Shown here: piece by piece, positions 43,740 to 51,533 of the stretch
Layout of the letters: every line of letters begins with the position of its first letter
Numbering within the stretch: position 1 is the first letter of the stretch
From: Acutalibacteraceae bacterium
GTDB taxonomy: Bacteria; Bacillota; Clostridia; Oscillospirales; Acutalibacteraceae
NCBI GenBank assembly: GCA_045648365.1
Contig: JAZRNX010000017.1
Location: 1-51,533 of the forward strand
Reading direction: 5' to 3'
Length of the DNA stretch: 51,533 nt
Position numbers and translations under genes: made by a program
Notes under the pieces: generated by a model
What the model was told of the DNA's origin: nothing
What the model saw: the letters and a program-made list of their open reading frames with translations, nothing else
The model's database searches: none

Positions 43740-46145
43740 TTATTTAACTGGGTCGATATGCCAAATGTTTTTAGCATAATCATCAATAGAACGGTCAGCT
43801 GCAAATATGCCTGATTTAGCAATATTAACAAGCGACATCCTATTCCAAGTTTCCTTATCATTATATAATTCGTTTGCCTTTTTATGCGCCTTGCAATAAT
43901 CAGAAAAATCTGCTAACGCCATATATCTATCATAATTTTTAAGGGTATTATAAATATTGTCAAAAGGTTTACCATCAAGACCTTTACCAATGAAATCAAG
44001 AGCATTTTTAAGGTCAGGATTATTATTGTAATACTGAATCGGTGAGTAACCCTCTTTTTGAAGTTTTAAAACCTCGGGAGTATGCATACCGAAAATTATA
44101 ATATTATCATCACCAACAGCACTGTGGATTTCCACATTTGCGCCATCTTCAGTACCAAGTGTTACAGCACCGTTCATCATAAATTTCATATTACTTGTTC
44201 CCGAAGCCTCAGTAGATGCAAGAGAAATTTGCTCACTTATTTCTGCGGCGGGTATCATTAGTTCTGCTAAGGTTACACGATAATCTTCAAGAAACAAAAC
44301 CTTCATCTTATCGTTAATCATTCTATCATTATTAATAACCTTTGAAAGTTTGTAAATCATTTGAATAATTTCTTTAGCAAAAAGATAACCTGATGCCGCC
44401 TTTGCACCGAATATATAGGTTTTAGGAGTAAACTGCGCATTAGGATTATTTGAGAGATAAAGATAATCGTTGATTATATGAAGGGCGTTCATGTGTTGAC
44501 GCTTATATTCATGTAATCTCTTAACCTGCATATCAACCACAGAATTCGGGTCAATATCCATACCATAATTATTTTTGATATAATTAGATAATCTAACTTT
44601 GTTTGATAACTTAATCTCGGCAAGACGGTTAAGAACTGATTTATCATCTTTAAAGGCCATCAATTTTTCAAGCTCAGAAGCATCCTTAATAAAGCCGTCA
44701 CCGATTAACTCGCTAATAAGAGCAGAAAGTTGAGGATTAGCTTGACAGAGCCATCTTCTGTGAGCGATACCATTAGTTACATTAGTAAACTTATCAGGAG
44801 TAAGTTTGTAATAATCGTTAAATAATTCATCAGTAATAATCTTACTGTGAAGTTTAGAAACACCATTTACTGTATGGCATGTAGCAACGCAAAGGTTTGC
44901 CATCCTTACCACACCGTTTTGAATTATTGCTATTCTCTCTGCTAAGTCAAAATCACCGGTCATAGATACTATGTGTTCACGATATCTACGGTCGATTTCC
45001 TTAACAATCTGATAAATTCTTGGTAATCTTTCTTTAAAGAGTTCAACCTGCCAACATTCAAGAGCTTCAGACATAATTGTATGGTTAGTATAAGCAACAG
45101 TTCGCGTTACTAAATCCCATGCTTTTTCCCAGCTGTAACCACACTCATCAAGGAGTAGGCGCATTAGTTCGGGAATTGATAATGTGGGGTGAGTATCGTT
45201 AATATGAATGGCAACCTTGTCGGGAAGATTATCAAGGGTATTGTATCTTCTCATATGGCGATGCAAAATATCCTGAATAGATGCGGATACTAAGAAATAC
45301 TGCTGACGAAGGCGCAAGGATTTACCCTCAATATGATTATCCTCGGGATACAGAATTTTAGAAATAGCCTCTGTCATTGCTCTTTGCTCAAGGGCGCGTA
45401 CATAATCGCCTTGATTAAATGCAGACATATTGAAATCTTGACATTCCGCACTCCAAAGGCGTAATACATTAACAGTTTTTCCATCTTTTCCGGCAACTTT
45501 TAAATCATAAGGAACAGCTTTTACAGTATGATAATCCTTATGCTCAACATAATGATAGCCGTTCTCCCAGCGTTCATCAATTCTACCGTCAAACAGCACA
45601 TCAACAGCGGATGAGGGACGTTGTTCGAGCCACACACTGCCACCGGGTAACCAGAAATCAGGCATCTCAGTCTGCCAACCGTCAACTAATTTCTGGCGGA
45701 AAATTCCCAATTCATATTTAATACAATATCCCATAGCGGAATAACCGCCAGTAGATAAGCCATCTAAAAAACATGCGGCCAGACGACCAAGTCCGCCATT
45801 ACCGAGACCGGCGTCCGGCTCAAAATCATAAAGATTTTCAAGTTTTACCTTGAATTTTTTAAGGGCGCCCTCCATGGCATCAGTAAGTTCCAGATTATAA
45901 AGATTGTTTTTAAGTGAACGACCCATTAAAAATTCCATACTGAGATAATAAACAGTTTTAGCTTCCTGTTCATCCGCCTTCTTCTTGAATTCGGCCTTTC
46001 TTTCTCCCATAATTTCAAGCAATACCATAACACATGCTTTATAGAAAATCTCATCAGATGCTTGCTTTGGTGAAACACCGAAATTATGAGATAATTTTCT
46101 TTCAATCATGTTAGCAAGCTCAGTTGCAGTATAACGCTTCATCAT
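43740..46145 (-). CDS. glgP: glycogen/maltodextrin phosphorylase (GT35)
   Basis: 801 aa with GNGGLGRLAAC and the PLP site EASGTSNMKFMMNG. Confidence 0.95.
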   Translation of the reverse strand: MMKRYTATELANMIERKLSHNFGVSPKQASDEIFYKACVMVLLEIMGERKAEFKKKADEQEAKTVYYLSMEFLMGRSLKNNLYNLELTDAMEGALKKFKVKLENLYDFEPDAGLGNGGLGRLAACFLDGLSTGGYSAMGYCIKYELGIFRQKLVDGWQTEMPDFWLPGGSVWLEQRPSSAVDVLFDGRIDERWENGYHYVEHKDYHTVKAVPYDLKVAGKDGKTVNVLRLWSAECQDFNMSAFNQGDYVRALEQRAMTEAISKILYPEDNHIEGKSLRLRQQYFLVSASIQDILHRHMRRYNTLDNLPDKVAIHINDTHPTLSIPELMRLLLDECGYSWEKAWDLVTRTVAYTNHTIMSEALECWQVELFKERLPRIYQIVKEIDRRYREHIVSMTGDFDLAERIAIIQNGVVRMANLCVATCHTVNGVSKLHSKIITDELFNDYYKLTPDKFTNVTNGIAHRRWLCQANPQLSALISELIGDGFIKDASELEKLMAFKDDKSVLNRLAEIKLSNKVRLSNYIKNNYGMDIDPNSVVDMQVKRLHEYKRQHMNALHIINDYLYLSNNPNAQFTPKTYIFGAKAASGYLFAKEIIQMIYKLSKVINNDRMINDKMKVLFLEDYRVTLAELMIPAAEISEQISLASTEASGTSNMKFMMNGAVTLGTEDGANVEIHSAVGDDNIIIFGMHTPEVLKLQKEGYSPIQYYNNNPDLKNALDFIGKGLDGKPFDNIYNTLKNYDRYMALADFSDYCKAHKKANELYNDKETWNRMSLVNIAKSGIFAADRSIDDYAKNIWHIDPVK

Positions 46146-46374
46146 AACAACTCCGTTAAATATTGTATATTTTATTATTTTCTATACTATAATACATTAT
46201 TCTGCGCATTTTTTCAAGTGTTATCGATAAGTAATTTTATGCTATTTTTTAAGCAAATTGCACAAATAATATATAATTTTTAAAAAAATTTAAAATTCTA
46301 ATAAGCAAAAAATACAACTTTAGGCAAATTTCTCAAGCGTGATAACGCGAATTTTTAATTAAAAAATTTTAACA

Positions 46375-46403
46375 TTGATACATAAAACTTTTTGTAGTAT
46401 AAT
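46375..46403 (+). promoter_or_regulatory. sigma-A promoter of azlCD-ygiQ
   Basis: TTGATA-N17-TATAAT, 28 nt upstream of the azlC ATG (RBS AAAGGGG). Confidence 0.55.
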
Positions 46404-46431
46404 GTAGTATATATGTTCAAAGGGGCACTTT

Positions 46432-47148
46432 ATGGCAAACAAAGGATTTTCAAAAGGCATTATTGACGGATTACCCATCTGCATCGGTTACTTTTCGGTA
46501 GCCTTTGCATTTGGAATCTTTGCCGTATCAAATGGATTAACTTCCATACAAGCATTACTTGTTTCTATGACAAATGTTACTTCAGCGGGACAACTGGCTG
46601 CAGTACCTATTATTGCAGGCGGCGGCACTCTTTTGGAATTGGCAGCAACACAGATTGTTATTAATTTAAGATATGCCCTTATGTCTATTTCTCTTTCTCA
46701 AAAGTTTGATAATAGCATAACACTTCCCCACCGTTTCGCCATTGCATTCGTTAACACGGATGAAGTATTTGCTGTTGCTTCTTCACAAAAGGGCACTGTC
46801 AATAAGTTATATATGTACGGTTTGATTCTCACGCCTTTTATAGGTTGGAGTTCTGGCACTATTATTGGCGCAGTTGCGGGAGATATTTTACCTGCTATTA
46901 TAACTAATTCTCTAAATATCGCCATCTACGGCATGTTTATTGCCATAGTTGTACCTGAGATTAAAATCAGCCGTTCTGTACTTTCGTGTGTTTTAATAGC
47001 AACCGCATTAAGTTGCGCCTTTTACTTTATTCCTATGCTATCAAAAGTACCAAGCGGTTTTTCAATAATAATATGCGCACTAGTTGCCGCTACTATTATG
47101 GCTATTGTTGCTCCCATAAATATAGAGGAGGACACTAATAATGTTTAA
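46432..47148 (+). CDS. azlC: AzlC-family branched-chain amino acid exporter subunit
   Basis: 238 aa and polytopic. It is followed by an overlapping small AzlD-like gene. The N-terminal GIIDGLPICIGYFSVAFAFG is typical of AzlC. Confidence 0.85.
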   Translation: MANKGFSKGIIDGLPICIGYFSVAFAFGIFAVSNGLTSIQALLVSMTNVTSAGQLAAVPIIAGGGTLLELAATQIVINLRYALMSISLSQKFDNSITLPHRFAIAFVNTDEVFAVASSQKGTVNKLYMYGLILTPFIGWSSGTIIGAVAGDILPAIITNSLNIAIYGMFIAIVVPEIKISRSVLSCVLIATALSCAFYFIPMLSKVPSGFSIIICALVAATIMAIVAPINIEEDTNNV

Positions 47149-47458
47149 ACCTTCCTTCTTTATATATCTCGTGGTTATGGCGGGCGTAACATATTTAATC
47201 AGAATGTTACCTTTAGTACTTATAAAAAAGAAAATCACAAACCAATTTATTCTGTCATTACTCCACTATATACCCTTTGCGGTTTTAAGTGCTATGACAA
47301 TTCCGGCTGCATTCTTTGTTACCGACCACATTACTACCGCTGTTGTGGGAGTTATATTTGCGGTTATACTTGCCTTTAAAACTAAAAGTTTAATTCTGGT
47401 TGCTCTCGGCGCTACTTTTGGAGTTTTAATTTCAGAAATTGTTTTAACACTAATTTAG
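47141..47458 (+). CDS. azlD: AzlD-family membrane protein
   Basis: 105 aa with 3-4 TM helices and an 8-nt overlap with azlC. Confidence 0.8.
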   Translation: MFKPSFFIYLVVMAGVTYLIRMLPLVLIKKKITNQFILSLLHYIPFAVLSAMTIPAAFFVTDHITTAVVGVIFAVILAFKTKSLILVALGATFGVLISEIVLTLI

Positions 47459-47468
47459 GAGTTTTAAA

Positions 47469-49319
47469 ATGCCTTTTTTACCAATTACAAAAGAGGAGAT
47501 GTTAGAAAGAGGTTGGTATTACCCTGACTTCGTTTTAGTAACAGGTGACTCTTATGTTGACCACCCTTCTTTCGGTACGGCAATTATTTCTCGCGTACTC
47601 GAAAACGAAGGTTTTAATGTATGTATATTACCTCAGCCCAAATGTGACCAAGATTATCTTCGTTTTGGTAAACCCAGATACGCTTTCTTGGTTAACGGCG
47701 GAAATATCGATTCTATGGTAGCACACTATACCGCCGCAAAGAAGAAGAGAAATGATGATGCATATACCGCGGGCGGTAAATCGGGCGGCAGACCTGATAG
47801 AGCCGTTATCGTATACTGTAAAAATATTCGCCGCTTATTTGGTAATGTGCCTATTGCCATTGGCGGAATAGAAGCTTCCCTTCGCCGTTTTGCCCACTAC
47901 GATTATTGGGATGATACTGTAAGAAAATCTATACTTATCGATTCCGATGCGGATATCCTTATGTACGGTATGGGCGAAAAACATATCGTTGAGATTGCAA
48001 ACCGCCTTAAAAATGGCGAAAATATCAAGAATCTTACCGATATCAAAGGTACTTGCTACAGTGTGAAAACCAGTGAATATAAACCTATGCCCGTAAAAGA
48101 ATGCCCCAGTTTTGAGGTGGTTTCTGCAAATACAGATGAAGGCAAAAAACAATATGCGAAATCTTGCAGAATTCAGCAAACGGAACACGATGCCGTAAGA
48201 GGCAAAACGGTAATTCAGCGTCACGGAGATAGAATCGTTGTTCAAAATCCGCCCTGTGCACCCCTCACCACCGAGGAAATGGACAAGGTGTATTCCCTTC
48301 CGTTTATGCGCACTTATCATCCATCCTATGAATCATTAGGTGGTGTACCGGGTATTGAGGAAGTTAAATTCTCTATTATTCACAACAGAGGTTGTTACGG
48401 TGCTTGTAATTTCTGTTCACTTGCATATCACCAAGGCAGACAGATTAGTTGCAGAAGCCACGAATCCGTTATTGATGAAGCAATTAAGATTACCGAAATG
48501 GATGATTTTAAAGGATATATACACGATGTTGGCGGTCCAACCGCCAATTTCCGTGCTCCATCTTGCGACGGTCAGTTGAAGAAGGGGTTATGTCCGGAGA
48601 AAAAATGTCTTGCCCCTGAGATTTGTCCTGCCACTCGGGTTGACCACAGTGATTTTCTATCACTTTTGAGAAAACTCCGTGCATTGCCTAAAATTAAAAA
48701 GGTATTTATTCGCTCGGGAATCCGATTTGATTATCTCATTGCTGATAATGATGAATCGTTTTTCAAGGAACTTGTGGAACACCATACAAGCGGCCAACTA
48801 AAAGTTGCCCCTGAACACTGCTCGGAAAATGTACTCAAATATATGGGCAAACCGCCAATCCGTGTTTACAACCGTTTTAAAAAGCGTTTTTATGAACTTA
48901 CAAAAAGTATTGGTAAAAATCAATTTCTTGTTCCATACCTTATGTCATCACACCCAGGCAGCACAATAAATGATGCTATTGAATTGTCCCTTTTTCTTAA
49001 AAAAGAGGGATTACACCCTGAACAAGTTCAAGATTTTTATCCAACACCAGGAACAGTTTCTACCTGTATGTTCTATACAGGACTGGACCCATTTACAATG
49101 GAAAAGGTTTATGTTCCAAAAACACCGCAAGAAAAAGCAGAACAGAGAGCGCTTTTGCAGTACTACCGTCCCGAAAACAAGAAGCTCGTTATCTCCGCCC
49201 TTAAAAAAGCAGGTAGATATGACCTCATCGGTACTGGGAAGAACTGTCTTGTTAAGCCTGATAATTCCGTTAAAAACACAAATAACAAAAACACAAAGTT
49301 TAAAAAGCGAGGAAAATAA
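47469..49319 (+). CDS. ygiQ: YgiQ-family (UPF0313) radical SAM protein
   Basis: N-terminal [11 protein letters not shown]...[17 protein letters not shown] hallmark, radical-SAM cluster CYGACNFCS and a basic C-terminal tail. Confidence 0.9.
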   Translation: MPFLPITKEEMLERGWYYPDFVLVTGDSYVDHPSFGTAIISRVLENEGFNVCILPQPKCDQDYLRFGKPRYAFLVNGGNIDSMVAHYTAAKKKRNDDAYTAGGKSGGRPDRAVIVYCKNIRRLFGNVPIAIGGIEASLRRFAHYDYWDDTVRKSILIDSDADILMYGMGEKHIVEIANRLKNGENIKNLTDIKGTCYSVKTSEYKPMPVKECPSFEVVSANTDEGKKQYAKSCRIQQTEHDAVRGKTVIQRHGDRIVVQNPPCAPLTTEEMDKVYSLPFMRTYHPSYESLGGVPGIEEVKFSIIHNRGCYGACNFCSLAYHQGRQISCRSHESVIDEAIKITEMDDFKGYIHDVGGPTANFRAPSCDGQLKKGLCPEKKCLAPEICPATRVDHSDFLSLLRKLRALPKIKKVFIRSGIRFDYLIADNDESFFKELVEHHTSGQLKVAPEHCSENVLKYMGKPPIRVYNRFKKRFYELTKSIGKNQFLVPYLMSSHPGSTINDAIELSLFLKKEGLHPEQVQDFYPTPGTVSTCMFYTGLDPFTMEKVYVPKTPQEKAEQRALLQYYRPENKKLVISALKKAGRYDLIGTGKNCLVKPDNSVKNTNNKNTKFKKRGK

Positions 49320-49337
49320 AAACAAAGGTCTGATTTT

Positions 49338-50285
49338 TTGAAATTTTTAAATTTCTTAAGGGCTTTTACCCTTTTAGTTTTAGGTATTGCTTTAATTACC
49401 TATTCGTATTCCGCTGAAGCAACCGCCAAAACAATACCAACCTTTTCTACAGAGATTACCGAAGAAGAACCTACTATAAGTTTTAGTGAACTATACGAAA
49501 AAATAAATTTGTTAGAAAACAAAAATGCCGATATAGAAGAAATATCTATTGCCAAATCGTATTTATCGAAAAGCCGTGCTGATTCCCCCAAAACCGCATT
49601 TTTGGCCTTTGATTTAACAAACGGAGAGTATATTGCTCACAATATTGATACGAGAATAACCGGTGCCAGTGTGATTAAATCCGCATATTGCCTATATGTG
49701 TTAAATCGCGTAGAATTAGGTAAGGCATTTCTGGATGAAACCCTTGTATACGAAAAGGACGACAAGCGAAAAGGTACAGGTATAATTCAATTCAAGGAAT
49801 TCGGCGCAGAATATTCTATAAAATCTCTGATTTATCTTTCTATCACCGAAAGCGATAATGTTGCGCACAAAATGCTAGTAGATAGATTTGGTCGTAGAGA
49901 ATTCAATGTCTTTTTAGACGAATTAGACATTGAAAGTATGCACTTATATTCGAATAGTAATCTCGAATACTATAATAATTTATCTGCCCGTGATTTAGCC
50001 CGTATTTTTACAAAAATATATGAAAAGTCCAATGAAGATGAAATTTACAAATGGTATCTCGATGTTATGTGCAAAGCGAAGTATAACCGTTTCACCGAAT
50101 CCACAGAATATCCGGTTGCGCACAAAAGCGGTTTTATGAGGGGTGCATTTCACGATGCAGGTATTGTACTTGCGCCGAAGCCATACATAATTATTGTTTT
50201 AACTAACGGAAATGTAGGCGAAACTGAAGAAAATTATATTAGTGATATTTCGAAGGTTCTGTGTAATAAAATGGAAAAACCTTGA
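49338..50285 (+). CDS. secreted class-A beta-lactamase-fold serine hydrolase
   Basis: Signal peptide, then SxxK (SVIK), SDN (ESDN) and KSG (HKSG) motifs in canonical order. TTG start. Confidence 0.7.
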   Translation: MKFLNFLRAFTLLVLGIALITYSYSAEATAKTIPTFSTEITEEEPTISFSELYEKINLLENKNADIEEISIAKSYLSKSRADSPKTAFLAFDLTNGEYIAHNIDTRITGASVIKSAYCLYVLNRVELGKAFLDETLVYEKDDKRKGTGIIQFKEFGAEYSIKSLIYLSITESDNVAHKMLVDRFGRREFNVFLDELDIESMHLYSNSNLEYYNNLSARDLARIFTKIYEKSNEDEIYKWYLDVMCKAKYNRFTESTEYPVAHKSGFMRGAFHDAGIVLAPKPYIIIVLTNGNVGETEENYISDISKVLCNKMEKP

Positions 50286-50306
50286 GTTGAACTCAAGGTT
50301 TTTTTG
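50275..50306. terminator. bidirectional intrinsic terminator
   Basis: AAAAACCTTGAGT-tga-ACTCAAGGTTTTT overlaps both convergent stop codons. Confidence 0.75.
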
Positions 50307-51012
50307 TTATTAAAAGATTTATTATTTCCGGTTTATTATTAATTCGGGGAATTATATGCGGATTACCCAGACCTCTGCCTACAATCAGTCGGTCATCTAT
50401 AAAACCACTGGTATGTTTTGGGAAAATGCCTTGACCCGGGGCATAAATGCCTCGACCAAATATTCGCCATTGTCCTCCATGAGCGTGACCTGATAGCGTT
50501 AAATCAACATTAAAATTCTTTATATACTTTGAATAATATTCCGGATGATGACATAAAAGAAGTTTAAAACCGTTTTTGCTACTGAATTCTTTAAGAAATA
50601 CTATATTGGGTATCCTTTTATTTGCCTTTTTATCCTTATTAGCTCCCCTTTTAACAGCCGAGGTCAAACCACCAATATTTAATTCGTTATAAGTAACTGC
50701 TTCGTCATCTAAAACTTTAACACCTGTTTCTTTAATTTTAGGCAACATATCTTCATCAAAACGAAATTCGTGGTTGCCAAGACAACAAAAAGCAGGATAT
50801 CGAGATGTAACTGCCGCAAGAAAATCTAAACCATTTTGATAGTTATTTATATTATGAATAAAGTCGCCGCCCACCAAAACTGCTTCAGGAGTTAATTCAT
50901 TTATAGCATTTAAAATCGGCTCGTTATCGCATCCGTGTAAATCGGAAATAAAAACAAATTTATAATCTCGTTTTATATCGGCAAAAACCTGATAATCAGT
51001 TATCTTCATCAA
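50293..51012 (-). CDS. calcineurin-like metallophosphoesterase (YkuE/YaeI-like)
   Basis: Motifs DLHG, GGDFIH, GNHE and GHAHGG in canonical order. Confidence 0.85.
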   Translation of the reverse strand: MMKITDYQVFADIKRDYKFVFISDLHGCDNEPILNAINELTPEAVLVGGDFIHNINNYQNGLDFLAAVTSRYPAFCCLGNHEFRFDEDMLPKIKETGVKVLDDEAVTYNELNIGGLTSAVKRGANKDKKANKRIPNIVFLKEFSSKNGFKLLLCHHPEYYSKYIKNFNVDLTLSGHAHGGQWRIFGRGIYAPGQGIFPKHTSGFIDDRLIVGRGLGNPHIIPRINNKPEIINLLITKKP

Positions 51013-51533
51013 TTACCTCACAGTTATCGATTATTTCATGTTTTATATTCTTATTTGCAACGAGTTTTTTATTGACAAATTCTGCAACTAAAACATACAC
51101 AACAGAACTTAGCGGTACGCCAATAAGCATACCCGCAACGCCTGCGAGATTTCCGCCGACTGTAACCGCAGCTAAAACCCAGATTCCCGATAAACCAATT
51201 GATTTGCCAACTACTCTCGGATAAATAAGATTATTATCAATTTGTTGCAAAACGATTATAAATATTATAAACCAAAAGGCCTTAACCGGATTAACTAAAA
51301 GTATCAAAAATGCGCCAAGAGCCGTACCGATAAAGGCGCCAACCATCGGAATTACCGTTGTAAAACCGACCAATACGGAGACTACCGGTGCAAAAGGCAT
51401 ATTAAATATAAGCATACCAATAAATGTAAGGCAACCGAAAATAACAGCTTCAATCAACTGGCCTGTTACAAATTTTGAAAAAGTGCTATGGGATAACTTA
51501 GAAAACTTGAAAATTTTATTAACAGTGTTTTCT
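50996..51533 (-). CDS. AI-2E family (PerM-like) transporter, 5'-truncated by the window edge
   Basis: The reading frame stays open from 51457 up to nt 51533 (...SKFVTGQLIEAVIFG...). The conserved C-terminal AI-2E pattern is present (VIPMVGAFIG...LIYPRVVG...GVPL). The track's M at 51457 is an internal TTG. Confidence 0.8.
   Translation of the reverse strand, partial: ENTVNKIFKFSKLSHSTFSKFVTGQLIEAVIFGCLTFIGMLIFNMPFAPVVSVLVGFTTVIPMVGAFIGTALGAFLILLVNPVKAFWFIIFIIVLQQIDNNLIYPRVVGKSIGLSGIWVLAAVTVGGNLAGVAGMLIGVPLSSVVYVLVAEFVNKKLVANKNIKHEIIDNCEVIDEDN

Noticed and set aside
46146-46431. The long AT-rich intergenic region as a possible CRISPR leader, riboswitch or small RNA gene.
   Set aside because: There are no direct repeats and no conserved riboswitch cores that I could recognise. 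Two divergent promoters account for the space.
1-51533. Defence islands, CRISPR arrays, toxin-antitoxin pairs, transposases/IS elements and prophage genes.
   Set aside because: I recognised none on either strand. All sizeable ORFs have housekeeping, sporulation, transport or carbohydrate-metabolism assignments. Intergenic regions are short and filled by promoters and terminators.

Overview
This 51.5-kb, low-GC segment looks like core chromosome of a spore-forming Clostridia (Firmicutes) bacterium. It may be a Ruminococcus/Oscillospiraceae-like starch user, because it carries dockerin and cohesin-like modules plus GH13 and glycogen phosphorylase genes; this taxon call is inference only.

I call about 55 protein genes, most on the minus strand:
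- Sugar ABC permeases, and a YtrA-like GntR/ABC operon.
- The conserved mutS2 / recO-yqzL-era-ybeY-phoH-yqfD-yqfC block.
- PBP1A, serC-serA, fba, queH and a PlsC-like acyltransferase coupled to a GltS-like transporter.
- A small spoVM operon that is absent from the ORF track.
- A solute-binding protein plus glycosidase operon.
- alaS, pepP, pepD and ytfI-ytfJ.
- A DtxR-like regulator next to a cohesin-like protein and a dockerin-bearing peptidoglycan hydrolase.
- mgtC, a polysaccharide deacetylase, GH13 + glgP, azlCD, ygiQ, a class-A beta-lactamase-fold hydrolase, a metallophosphoesterase and a truncated AI-2E transporter.

I recognised no CRISPR array, transposase, integrase, restriction or defence genes, and no toxin-antitoxin pair. 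I see no convincing novel multi-gene protein system.

The one locus that ordinary gene models do not explain is the tRNA locus at 13.25-13.9 kb. It holds tRNA-His and one intact tRNA-Gln. Around the intact tRNA-Gln are exact and degenerate forward and inverted fragments of that same tRNA. Two highly structured spacers of about 110-145 nt lie between them, each bounded by intrinsic terminators. These resemble tRNA-linked repeats and are possible small RNAs.

Secondary items:
- A possible non-cellulosomal cohesin-dockerin pair tethering a cell-wall hydrolase.
- Two small ORFs missed by the track (spoVM-like and yqzL-like) plus a 47-aa membrane peptide.
- An autoregulated GntR/ABC module with a perfect operator palindrome.
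- An acyltransferase-transporter gene overlap.

Several ORF-track starts are over-extended or use non-ATG codons. I re-set them where an ATG with a good Shine-Dalgarno sequence was visible.
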